From: Leptospiraceae bacterium
GTDB taxonomy: Bacteria > Spirochaetota > Leptospiria > Leptospirales > Leptonemataceae
Assembly: GCA_040217195.1 (NCBI GenBank)
Contig: JAVJNR010000008.1
Span: 160,001 to 224,000 of the forward strand
Length of the DNA: 64,000 nucleotides
Direction of reading: 5' to 3'
Within the stretch, counting starts at the first letter, position 1, and every line of letters starts with the position of its first letter. The notes beneath the pieces are model-generated. The model saw only the letters and a program-made list of their open reading frames with translations. It ran no database searches and was not told where the DNA came from. Positions 19,401-27,775 of the stretch are shown here, in pieces. Position numbers and translations under genes: made by a program.

Positions 19401-20811
19401 GAATGGTATCCAGAGATTCGCTTTCGCTTTCTTCCAGTTTGCGAATTAGCTGAGCTTTCTGGTCTTCAATATTTTTCTCTGTGTCTTCAAGGCTTGAATG
19501 AAGCTGTTGAACCTTTTTATCTAGATCGTTTTTCTGGTTTTGTAGATTTCGTATGGTCTCTTGCTGTTGTTCCAGCTCCTGGTTCAATTTCTGAACAGAT
19601 TCTGTCTTTTCTGCAATCTCATCTTCCAGTTGCTGACGATGGCTTGCTCCTTTCTGAAGCTCTTCTTCCAGGTTTGTCCTGGTCTTTCGTTCCGTTTCTA
19701 GTTCGCTTCGAACTGCATCAATGCCCTGGCTCAGTTCCGCAGCTTCCCTGGTCTTTTCTTCCAGGGCCTTCTCCCTGGATTCCAGAGATTCTGTGAGCTT
19801 CTGGTTCTCTTCTTGCTTTTCTACAAGGCCTGATTGAATTTCCTCTCTCAGAGATTGCTTTTCAGATTCCAGTTTACTGGAGAATTCTTCTTCTCTGGCC
19901 TGAAGTGACTGCTTTGCAGCTTCTTCCAGTTTTTCTTTCTGTTCTTTGAGCTTGGTCTCCAGCGAAGCGGAATGCTCCTTTTTTAGAGCATCCATTTGCT
20001 CCAGAAGGGACTGTCTGGTGGATTCAAGGGTTTGAACATTGCTTCTGGCTTCTTCCAGGTTGTTCTGTGCTTTCTCTCTGGCTTTCTCCGCTGATTGGAG
20101 GGAGCTACTGGATGCTTTTAGCTCTCTGGCCAGCTCATCGCCAACCATCTGTCTGTACTGGGATAGAAAAAATCCCTGGAAGAGGCGCAGATAATCTAGA
20201 TCCGATTTTACAAAATTAGCTGATTCTCTGAATGCGAGTAGGTGGCCTTCCGGTAAATCCATGGATTCCGGGATGGGTAATGTGAGTGCGAATACACCGT
20301 CTGCCTGACTGAATTCCACAGTTGAACCAACGGCAGGTTGATGGGATGCTTTGAATGCTCCGGCATTTTGAATCAATTCATCATTCAAAGCAGGTGAGTC
20401 AGTTCGGCTGGAAGCAATCCATTGCTGATTTCCACTGGAAGCAAATAGAACTCTGTATTGTTTTTCCAGCAAACCAGCAAAAACAATGGAATCCACTTCC
20501 AGGTTTTGTTTAAGGCTTTTGAATATTCTTTGCAGGCTTTGATCGACTGTGCTTTCTTGAGTTGCTTTGATCCAGTCCTTGCCCAGATCCAGGATTGGAT
20601 CCGAAACTCCGCGAGTGGATGCGGGACTGCTCTTTTTTGTTGTGGTTTTTGCGGCCGGACTTGCTGCCGGTTTAGATTTCTTGGCAGCCGGTTTGGCCGG
20701 AGCAGCTTTCTTTTTGGCCGCCGGGGCTGCCTTTTTCTTTGCGCTAGTCTTTACCGTTTTTTTGGCTGTCTTCTTTGCCGCTTTCTTACTTGTCTTCTTA
20801 CTGGTTGCCAT
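16462..20811 (-). CDS. Large coiled-coil protein with Lys/Ala-rich N-terminus, GAF-like domains and C-terminal HATPase_c
   Basis: KKAAKK repeats; about 850 aa of E/Q/K/L heptads; LPLVEGDRTRGLL GAF strand; EAIDNAIKHS, DNGEG, GKGL boxes. Confidence 0.75.
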   Translation of the reverse strand: MATSKKTSKKAAKKTAKKTVKTSAKKKAAPAAKKKAAPAKPAAKKSKPAASPAAKTTTKKSSPASTRGVSDPILDLGKDWIKATQESTVDQSLQRIFKSLKQNLEVDSIVFAGLLEKQYRVLFASSGNQQWIASSRTDSPALNDELIQNAGAFKASHQPAVGSTVEFSQADGVFALTLPIPESMDLPEGHLLAFRESANFVKSDLDYLRLFQGFFLSQYRQMVGDELARELKASSSSLQSAEKAREKAQNNLEEARSNVQTLESTRQSLLEQMDALKKEHSASLETKLKEQKEKLEEAAKQSLQAREEEFSSKLESEKQSLREEIQSGLVEKQEENQKLTESLESREKALEEKTREAAELSQGIDAVRSELETERKTRTNLEEELQKGASHRQQLEDEIAEKTESVQKLNQELEQQQETIRNLQNQKNDLDKKVQQLHSSLEDTEKNIEDQKAQLIRKLEESESESLDTIHRQEADISRLTSQRDELENSLETANNLLAETNRSLEAEQTSRKRTEEELRNEIQTYETLVQEQKEKFEQDINTLRTEKDNRIKALEEERDSRINQISREKEEAVERITAEKDQKIQQLSAQHESEVQQLRQKRENDISELQSELDQTIETLNEEKNAALEELRADKDSRIEQLRTDLENQIKSQKAAYEQELQETREKASNDLKALQEQKENEIKAVTDEAASRISDMQNTLEQSEKEATEKYEQLYRTSQQNETALREEAYKLKNLYDQVSGSLAREKEEHSQNKSRLEKELQNRQEEIQRLESTIAENRADYDRASNEAAAQIQEKDQNIQELNSTLKNRDDRIHNLEIQRNQLSGEIDSLKQSIASAEKQHQDQVLQLEAERDSIRNELERNIRNLEQELEKTSADLDQTRQELRITTQERNRLNQEKHDLEIEVSARKQTIQEKTAEIQSLNQLIEDLKKESSKLENLIAEKNQSIREGHQSEERLRKEIGARKEQEARLTRDIRNLDSEIVELKAEIQSKENNIGKLSQQEAQLRDTLNQRQRDLDNARNRESQLKDDLDKALTREKNSREAGYLLASAARSLSESQTFEDKLSTVDKQVFANYKLQRLSVFTLLEDDLLERFYSRNVPEFPVRASIPLASTFFGEALATHRPSILKKKSDAWPYDLPELEIADNQEFYNAERDDQDPQASLIKKIKKGKKTEEVYVLLPLVEGDRTRGLLVATFPAKTEISDADQKLLESLIPFVSTSFQYEKNRSHLLVAQRNIRISDDIQDFLHHRYLESSRGIYRLLDQKPEGLPEELFVDIKSVSRSILPPLVDRNQDLPARLQEYILGFQSRAEENGMEFELLWDAQAARNVKARIGDRFRNVFWLMTEAIDNAIKHSDARWLQVKLQEKDNTISLSVTDNGEGLVRKAGSTEPTQGKGLQAIRTIAQSLLANLQVEKGPRGYGTAIVLRWDLTGLERNPEKMLQQEA

Positions 20812-20852
20812 GTTCTCGCTCAAAAATAGTACTGATCTAGATATGAAGTGGA

Positions 20853-21722
20853 TTATTCATCAAGAGGCATTCCGGCATTCTTGAATCTTCGTTTTGTTCC
20901 CATGCGGAAAGCCAGGTCCAGCCAGGATTCAGGAATAAGCTTTGTAGCCGCATATACCAGCTTTGCATCCGTTCCAATGCGATAGGTTCCTGGAAGATTA
21001 CGTTTTTGCACCAGAGCAGCTATCTTCTGTCCTGCGCGAAAGGCAGGTGTAGAAAAGGATCCATACTCCTTTATTTCTGAACCAATCATTCGGTTATAAG
21101 GACCGTATGGGCCTTTCAATTTTTCCAGGGAAGGCACCTGCATATTGGTCTTGAATTCAGTGCGAATCAATCCTGGCTCTACCGCGCATACCTGGATACC
21201 CAGAGGGACCAGCTCATAGCGAAGGGATTTTGTAAATCCAGATACGGCCCATTTGGAGGTACAGTATGCAGATCCGGTGGGAAGAACAACCCTTCCCAGA
21301 ATAGAACTTACATTGATTATCTGAGCATTTTCGATGGATCGCAGGGAGGGTAGTAGTTCTTTCGTAACATTCAAAATGCCCTGGAGATTTGTATCCATCT
21401 GTTTTTGAAATGCGCTGGCCGGCAATTCCTCAAAGCAACCGTACAGACCGTAACCTGCATTGTTAATTAGCGTATGGATGGGGCCATTTTTCAGTTCCCG
21501 GGCGATCTGAGTCTTAACTTCGCGAGCGGATGTTACATCAAACCTGGCAATCTTAAATGGAGGAGGTGATTTTTCGCCTCTGCTCTTCCAGAGCTTCTGG
21601 AATTTATTCGGATTACGAATGCCAGCAATCACTTCATGTCCCATCCTGGACAGCTGCAATGCGGTTTCCAGACCGATACCGGAACCGGCGCCCGTAATGA
21701 GAATTCGTCGAACAGTATTCAC
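20853..21722 (-). CDS. Short-chain dehydrogenase/reductase
   Basis: TGAGSGIG, NNAG, YCTSK. Confidence 0.92.
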   Translation of the reverse strand: MNTVRRILITGAGSGIGLETALQLSRMGHEVIAGIRNPNKFQKLWKSRGEKSPPPFKIARFDVTSAREVKTQIARELKNGPIHTLINNAGYGLYGCFEELPASAFQKQMDTNLQGILNVTKELLPSLRSIENAQIINVSSILGRVVLPTGSAYCTSKWAVSGFTKSLRYELVPLGIQVCAVEPGLIRTEFKTNMQVPSLEKLKGPYGPYNRMIGSEIKEYGSFSTPAFRAGQKIAALVQKRNLPGTYRIGTDAKLVYAATKLIPESWLDLAFRMGTKRRFKNAGMPLDE

Positions 21723-21823
21723 TGCTTTGATGAATTTCCACGATTGGATCTCTGGTAAAGCCCAAAAATTTCAATTTCGACTTTACAGCATAGGGCCTCT
21801 GAATTTTCTTCCAAGTATTCCTT

Positions 21824-21896
21824 GGGGGCTTAGCTCAGCTGGGAGAGCGTCTGCCTTGCACGCAGAAGGTCACCGGTTCGATCCCGGTAGTCTCCA
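21824..21896 (+). tRNA. tRNA-Ala(TGC), CCA not encoded
   Basis: Acceptor stem GGGGGCT/AGTCTCC with G3:U70; anticodon arm TCTGC-CTTGCAC-GCAGA; T-loop GGTTCGATCC. Confidence 0.97.
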
Positions 21897-21944
21897 AATT
21901 TTACTTCCCAATAGAAACGCAGCAATCCAAATGCAGGAAGCTTT

Positions 21945-22853
21945 ATGAAAAAGGCAAAAAAGCTCCTGCAGGATCTGCTGTCCCGTTCCCTAAACACAGA
22001 ACAGATCCATTATGTCGGAAGAGAAGTGGATCCTTCTTTTGACCTGGCCGAGGTATCGGGCTTCGGGGATCATATTGTCATCCCTCGACAGGTGGCCGCT
22101 CAATGTGTCATTCAGTACTTCAGCGCAAGGGAGCGACTTCTGGATTTCATCGCCAAGCTGGTAATGCTGGAAGGCGGCGGTGGAAGCGGAGGAATCATCA
22201 AGCTCAAAGGCATTGAGCCAATCATCAATGAGTTACGAGAACATGGATTTGTTCTGGATAGAGAAAAGGGCGGATTCATTCGAGATCAGGCTCAGTCCAA
22301 GACACAGGACTGGGGCTTTCTACGAGAGAATCAAGAATATAGACTGGCTTTTGTTAGCGTGGACATTGTAGGTAGTTCCGAACTCATCCGAACAAACGTA
22401 AAAGTGGATGTAGAGACTACAATTCGCACTTTGCGGGATTTTGTAGGCACTAATGTTGAATTGAATAATGGCCGGATCTGGTTCTGGTACGGAGATGGCG
22501 GAATGGCCGCCTTCATCGGTGATAGTTGCGTGCAAAGTGCTGTCATGTCCTGTCTGGGCATTCTGGCTTATTTACCGGTATACAATATTACTCGAAATGC
22601 ACTTAGAGAAGAAAATGACATTCGCCTTAGAATTGGGGTTCATTACGGCTCCGTGGTCTATCATGCTGATACATCCAAGATGCACAGCGAAGATATGGAA
22701 CGGGCTTCCAGACTGGAAGACAGACATGGAATTCCAAACTCCATCATATTGAGCGAAACGGCCTTTAATTTGCTGCCAGATGAGCTTCGTAAATATTTTC
22801 AGGAATCCGGCAGCGCTGATTTCGGAGCCCTTTACCAGAATCTAACGATCTAG
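21945..22853 (+). CDS. Class III adenylate/guanylate cyclase domain protein
   Basis: SVDIVGSS, YGDG, LRIGVHYG, ASRLE. Confidence 0.8.
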   Translation: MKKAKKLLQDLLSRSLNTEQIHYVGREVDPSFDLAEVSGFGDHIVIPRQVAAQCVIQYFSARERLLDFIAKLVMLEGGGGSGGIIKLKGIEPIINELREHGFVLDREKGGFIRDQAQSKTQDWGFLRENQEYRLAFVSVDIVGSSELIRTNVKVDVETTIRTLRDFVGTNVELNNGRIWFWYGDGGMAAFIGDSCVQSAVMSCLGILAYLPVYNITRNALREENDIRLRIGVHYGSVVYHADTSKMHSEDMERASRLEDRHGIPNSIILSETAFNLLPDELRKYFQESGSADFGALYQNLTI

Positions 22854-22872
22854 GATATATCAGGACAAACAG

Positions 22873-23910
22873 GTGCAACTGCTAATCATTGATCCAGACC
22901 AGGGAATTCAAGAATACTATCGGAACACTCTGGAGTCTCAGTTTCAGGGGATTTCGGTGGATTTTGTTAATCGAATCTCCGAGGCAGAAGAAAGGCTGGG
23001 AAAGACGGATTATGATCTGGTTATAACCGAAACGGAACTGGAACGTCCTTTCTTCGCCTTCCTGGATGGACTGGTTCGGGTAGGGATGCCCATCATTGTA
23101 GTTAGCCGTGACGATGCAGAACGTCTTGCTGTAGAGAGCATTCGCCTGGGTGCCATCGACTTCATCTCGAAAAAGAATCTAAAGCTGGGAATTTTCTCCA
23201 ATATTCTGGCTCGTGCTTTGCTGGATGGAGAACGATGGAAGAAAATTCGTGAGTTTGCAGCCGGTCTTCCTCCTTATCCGGAAGTGCGAAATCATACAGA
23301 AAAAATTCTAAGCGCCATTAAGAAAGAGAAAGAAGAGAAAACCCGTCTGGCTGCCGCCCAGAAGCTAACCGGCGGAATGAAGAATCTCAAAGAGGGACAC
23401 GCCTACAACATCCTCTTTCTTTATGCTACCATCAAGTTTACCCCGGCCACTTTTTCACAGATGGATGATTGGCAGCTACAGCAGGTGCTCAGCCGCTGGA
23501 AGAAGGTTCTGGGACGTATCCCGGAGTCCTACGGCGGTCAGGTCTGGATTGAAAAGAAGGACTCTCTGGTCATCGCCTTTGACGGGGAGGATGTTCTATC
23601 CGCTTTACTGGCATCCATGGAAATGAACTCCAGGATTTTCCTTCTTTCCGGTGAATTGCCCATTGATCGCGCCGAATTGAGTATTGCACTGTCTGCTGGC
23701 CAGACTGTTTATACCGCAGATATGGGAAGTCTGGTTTCTGAAGCATTGAATTTCTCTGCACACCTGGCCTATCGCGAATCCTCAAACAATGGTATATTCC
23801 TGCCTGGAGAAATTCATGAGCGTCTGAATGGACGTAGTCGAAAATACTTCTTCCGGGAAGATGCTGCCTTTGAGGGGAGAACTATTTATCGTTTTGAACG
23901 TACCGCCTGA
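22873..23910 (+). CDS. Receiver-domain protein with degenerate cyclase-like C-terminus
   Basis: LLIIDPD, DLVITE (phospho-Asp replaced by Glu), GAIDFISK; C-terminal part aligns loosely with the cyclase fold. Confidence 0.65.
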   Translation: MQLLIIDPDQGIQEYYRNTLESQFQGISVDFVNRISEAEERLGKTDYDLVITETELERPFFAFLDGLVRVGMPIIVVSRDDAERLAVESIRLGAIDFISKKNLKLGIFSNILARALLDGERWKKIREFAAGLPPYPEVRNHTEKILSAIKKEKEEKTRLAAAQKLTGGMKNLKEGHAYNILFLYATIKFTPATFSQMDDWQLQQVLSRWKKVLGRIPESYGGQVWIEKKDSLVIAFDGEDVLSALLASMEMNSRIFLLSGELPIDRAELSIALSAGQTVYTADMGSLVSEALNFSAHLAYRESSNNGIFLPGEIHERLNGRSRKYFFREDAAFEGRTIYRFERTA

Positions 23911-24869
23911 TGGCACGGATCTTCGAAAGGATTGGATTACTTTTTCCTCTGTGGATAGCTATCTGCGTATCCATTGCTATTGTAGAACCATCGGTGTTTA
24001 CCTGGTTTTCCGGGCTGCTCATCCCACTGGGCCTGGCAGGTATCATGCTCAGCATGGGCCTAACTCTTTTGCCCGCGGATTTTAAGCGAATCCTTGCCTT
24101 TCCGGTGCCCATACTTCTGGGAGTTTTATTTCAATACACAATCATGCCTGCTCTGGGTTATGCAATTGGTATCTTGCTCGAAATGGATGCCCCTCTACGG
24201 GCCGGTCTGATTCTGGTAGCAAGCTGCCCTGGAGGCACTGCATCCAATGTGGTGGCTCTTCTGGCCAGGGCCAATGTGGCTTTATCCGTATCCATGACAG
24301 CTGTTTCAACTCTGCTATCAGCTCTGGCCACTCCTGCAGCCGTTGAGATTTTGCTTTCTGGATCATCCATCGATGTATCTTTTCTGGGGCTTCTGCGTTC
24401 TACAGTGTTGATTGTAGTTTTGCCGGTACTGGGAGGAGTTCTGCTCAATCGCTACTTTGGAAAAGAATCGTTCATGCATCGGATGAAGCCTGCCTTGCCG
24501 GCCGTGGCTGTGCTCTTGATCTGTCTGATCGTTGCTTCTGTGATCGGAAAGGATAGAAATCTGCTACTGGAGTCTGGATGGCTCATACTGCTGGCTGCCA
24601 TCATTCTGCACTCCGTGGGATTTCTTCTGGGTTATCTGTTCACTCGAATTGCACTTCATTTTCGACCGGATGTGGAAAACATGGCCAGGACCATCTCCAT
24701 TGAGGTTGGAATGCAAAATTCAGGTCTGGGAGTTGTACTGGCTCGTGCCCATTTCGCTCATCCTGCTGTGGCGCTGCCGGCGGCTGTTTCCAGCGTGGTG
24801 CATTCTCTAATAGGAAGCGCCCTTTCCGTGGTCTGGCGAAAGATTTATCCGGTCAATGATCCAGATTGA
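23910..24869 (+). CDS. Bile acid:sodium symporter family transporter
   Basis: MLSMGLTL, QYTIMP, CPGGTASN, SIEVGMQNSGLG. Confidence 0.92.
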   Translation: MARIFERIGLLFPLWIAICVSIAIVEPSVFTWFSGLLIPLGLAGIMLSMGLTLLPADFKRILAFPVPILLGVLFQYTIMPALGYAIGILLEMDAPLRAGLILVASCPGGTASNVVALLARANVALSVSMTAVSTLLSALATPAAVEILLSGSSIDVSFLGLLRSTVLIVVLPVLGGVLLNRYFGKESFMHRMKPALPAVAVLLICLIVASVIGKDRNLLLESGWLILLAAIILHSVGFLLGYLFTRIALHFRPDVENMARTISIEVGMQNSGLGVVLARAHFAHPAVALPAAVSSVVHSLIGSALSVVWRKIYPVNDPD

Positions 24870-24870
24870 A

Positions 24871-26253
24871 TTATTGTCCTGCAGTAACGCTAATTCCGTC
24901 TACCAGAAGGTAAGGGGCTCGGGCCCCACCCATGATCTCAAACTCCCGGTCGGTGGCGGCCACTACATTCTTTAGAACATCAAACAGATTGCCAGAAACC
25001 ATAACTTCCTTCACCGGTCGCACCTCTCCGTTCTCAATCCAGTAGGAGTTCTTGGCTACACCTGAGAAATGGCCAGAAGACGGATCTGCATTTCCACTAA
25101 ATCGTTTGATCAATAGTCCTTTATTCAGCCGTCCATAGAGAGAATTCAGTTCCTGCTTTTCAATGGAATCATCGAACTCCAGCTTAACGTTGAAAAAACC
25201 CACGCCCGGTGTGCCGGATGAACCTCCGGCTGAGTTTCCGGTGGCCGCTACACCTGCTCGAGAGGCGCTGTAGATGTTATGACCCACAAAGTTCAGCCTG
25301 CCTGCAGCCACCAGTTCATGGCGGGATGTAAAATGACCTTCTCTGTCGAATGGATTATAGGTCTCCGGTCGGCTGGTATCCAGGGGGTCCTCATAGACAG
25401 TCAGTCCAGCCATGGCCACTAACTCGCCCATTTGATCCTTCCAGGGGCTGGTACCATCCACCTGGCTTTTTCCATTCGCATTGGATGATACGGTTCCCAG
25501 AACAAATTGCCTGACCAGTGCTGGATGCAATAGAACCGGGCCTTTATAGCTTTCGCCCTGGCCTGGATTCAAGGAAGCCAGAACACTTGTGGAAAATCGA
25601 TCCATGGAGGATTGAATCCTGGAACTGATCTGGGATTTATCGAAAGCTACACCGCCATCATAGTCGAAGCTTGTTACCTGGTCTCCGTCCCGGGCCATGC
25701 CCATGGCGCTCCAGTTTATGTATGCGCGTCGCATGCTGAGCTCAATACCGTTACTATTGACTATGCTTCGGGCATCTCGAACCAGTGCCAGTTCTACACG
25801 ATCCAGGCGAACCCGGGGATCTGCCGTGGCCCTGGAAATAATTTCTTCTGTGAATTCAAAGATTTCAGATTCGGATAGATTAATTAGTTCATCCGATTCA
25901 TGGATAAATGGCTGCGCCTGGGAATGCCTGGTTTCTGGTTTTGCAAAATCATAGTGCTCGGACGGTGGAGAAAGCTGGCCAATGGAGTAGGCTTCCTTAA
26001 CAGCGCTTTGAATGGATTTCGGAGAGGTAGAGTTGGTGGAAACGAATCCTGGTTTGTGGTCCTGAAGTGTGCGAATTCCCAGCCTGCTATTACTTCCGCT
26101 GGTACTTACCGAAAAATCGTCGCTTTCATATACGATTCTGGTTTCTTCAGAGGCTCCGCCAAATACTTCCATCTGCCTGGCTGCGGCAGAATTTAGGGCT
26201 TCCCGGGAGCGTTGTATCAGGGTATCATTCAGTTCTAGTTCTTTTATGGTCAT
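24871..26253 (-). CDS. pmbA: TldE/PmbA family protein
   Basis: PFDREG, GNSAG, SGHFSG, VMVSGNLFDVLKN; no HExxH; follows tldD. Confidence 0.85.
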   Translation of the reverse strand: MTIKELELNDTLIQRSREALNSAAARQMEVFGGASEETRIVYESDDFSVSTSGSNSRLGIRTLQDHKPGFVSTNSTSPKSIQSAVKEAYSIGQLSPPSEHYDFAKPETRHSQAQPFIHESDELINLSESEIFEFTEEIISRATADPRVRLDRVELALVRDARSIVNSNGIELSMRRAYINWSAMGMARDGDQVTSFDYDGGVAFDKSQISSRIQSSMDRFSTSVLASLNPGQGESYKGPVLLHPALVRQFVLGTVSSNANGKSQVDGTSPWKDQMGELVAMAGLTVYEDPLDTSRPETYNPFDREGHFTSRHELVAAGRLNFVGHNIYSASRAGVAATGNSAGGSSGTPGVGFFNVKLEFDDSIEKQELNSLYGRLNKGLLIKRFSGNADPSSGHFSGVAKNSYWIENGEVRPVKEVMVSGNLFDVLKNVVAATDREFEIMGGARAPYLLVDGISVTAGQ

Positions 26254-26333
26254 AGCTTGGTTTAAATAGGCAAAATTGTAATCGATTTATGGGAATTGCT
26301 AAAGTGGCGAAAGAGTCTTGATCTATAGATCTC

Positions 26334-27734
26334 TCACTGGCCTCCGCCCACGAGCAGTTCGCAGCGAAGATAGGGGCCGCCTGCATCCACTTTGGCCGGC
26401 TGTCCCTTACCACAATGGCCGGAGCCAAGATCCCATCTAAAATCAGTACTTACTGCATCTATGCTTTTCAGTACATCAAATGCATTTCCGGAAACAGAGA
26501 CTTTTTGCACCGTTTCTCCAATTTGTCCATTTTTGATTCTTCGAACCCTGGAGGCTCCGAACATGAATTCGCCGGTTGCATCTGCCTGACCGCCTTCCGG
26601 TCCATCGATGAAATACCCATCATCTATGCCCTGAACCATATCTTCCAGTTGATCCTGACCTGGAGCTATGTAGGTATTTCGCATGCGGATGAGCGGCTCA
26701 TCGGAGAATTCCCAGGCTCTGGCATTGCCTGTAGGAGTGGTTCCAAATCTCTCTGCGCTTTCCCGGTTATGTAAGTAGTTAACCAGTTTGCCATCTTTAA
26801 TGACCTCTGTGCGCTGAGTATAGACTCCTTCATCGTCTACAGGCAATTCTCCACCTGCATGAGGCGTATACTCGCTGGCACCGCTATCACACAGGGTTAC
26901 CAGAGGGGAGGCTACCATTTCGCCCAGTTTACCCTGGGCTACAGAACCGGCCTGTACAAAATCTGCTTCTACTGTATGGCCTATGGCTTCATGGCTTAGC
27001 AGACCAACCATGGCCGGTGAAAGAATGACTTTCTTTCTTCCGCCATCCGCGGACTCTGCTTTGAGCAAATCGCTGGCATTTCTGGCTGCAGTTTCAATGT
27101 ATTGCTCCAGAGGACGATTCTGAAACAAACATTGCCAGCCACCGGTGGTTCCCACTGAATCATAGCCTCTGGAGATCCGGCTGCCATCGCCGGCATAGGC
27201 AACAAAACGCAGTTCCGGACGAACCAGACGTACCCAGCAATCGCTACCATCGGTGTTGAATAGATACTTCTCTTCGAATACTTCTGTGTACTGACAGACA
27301 GCCGTTTCAATACTTGAATTGGACTTCCTCAGGTTTTCTTCGGAGTCTCTTACAGTCTGGAACTTTGCTTCCAGGTCCATGGATTGTAGATCAAAATAGC
27401 CATCCAGGTTGAATTCCCCTTTTGCCAGACGATCTGTTCTGGCCAGGGTTACCGGATTCTTTTTTCTCGATGACATGGAGCGAGCCATGGCAGTTGCTTT
27501 TTGCACGGCAGCTTCCAGTCCTGCTTCTGAGAGATCGGAAGTTGAAGCGAAACCCCAGGCCCCTCCATTCAGTACCCGGATTCCGGCGCCTTCAATTTGT
27601 TTAAAAGAGTTTTCATGCAATTCACCTTTTCTAACTCCAAGGGATCGCATTCTGCGATTATGGTACCTGAACTCCAGATAGTCTGGATAACCTGATGCAA
27701 TGTTCTGTATGATTTCGTTTACCGGCCTGGCCAT
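26334..27734 (-). CDS. tldD: TldD metalloprotease
   Basis: HEAIGHTVEAD, DDEGV, GNARA, IRMRNTY, CGKGQ. Confidence 0.92.
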   Translation of the reverse strand: MARPVNEIIQNIASGYPDYLEFRYHNRRMRSLGVRKGELHENSFKQIEGAGIRVLNGGAWGFASTSDLSEAGLEAAVQKATAMARSMSSRKKNPVTLARTDRLAKGEFNLDGYFDLQSMDLEAKFQTVRDSEENLRKSNSSIETAVCQYTEVFEEKYLFNTDGSDCWVRLVRPELRFVAYAGDGSRISRGYDSVGTTGGWQCLFQNRPLEQYIETAARNASDLLKAESADGGRKKVILSPAMVGLLSHEAIGHTVEADFVQAGSVAQGKLGEMVASPLVTLCDSGASEYTPHAGGELPVDDEGVYTQRTEVIKDGKLVNYLHNRESAERFGTTPTGNARAWEFSDEPLIRMRNTYIAPGQDQLEDMVQGIDDGYFIDGPEGGQADATGEFMFGASRVRRIKNGQIGETVQKVSVSGNAFDVLKSIDAVSTDFRWDLGSGHCGKGQPAKVDAGGPYLRCELLVGGGQ

Positions 27735-27775
27735 AGATTCAACATAGCGGTACCGAGGTCAGAGGGCAAGATGAT

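Noticed and set aside
21824..21896. tRNA-Ala as an island integration site
   Set aside because: No integrase nearby and no duplicated tRNA 3' end seen in the window.
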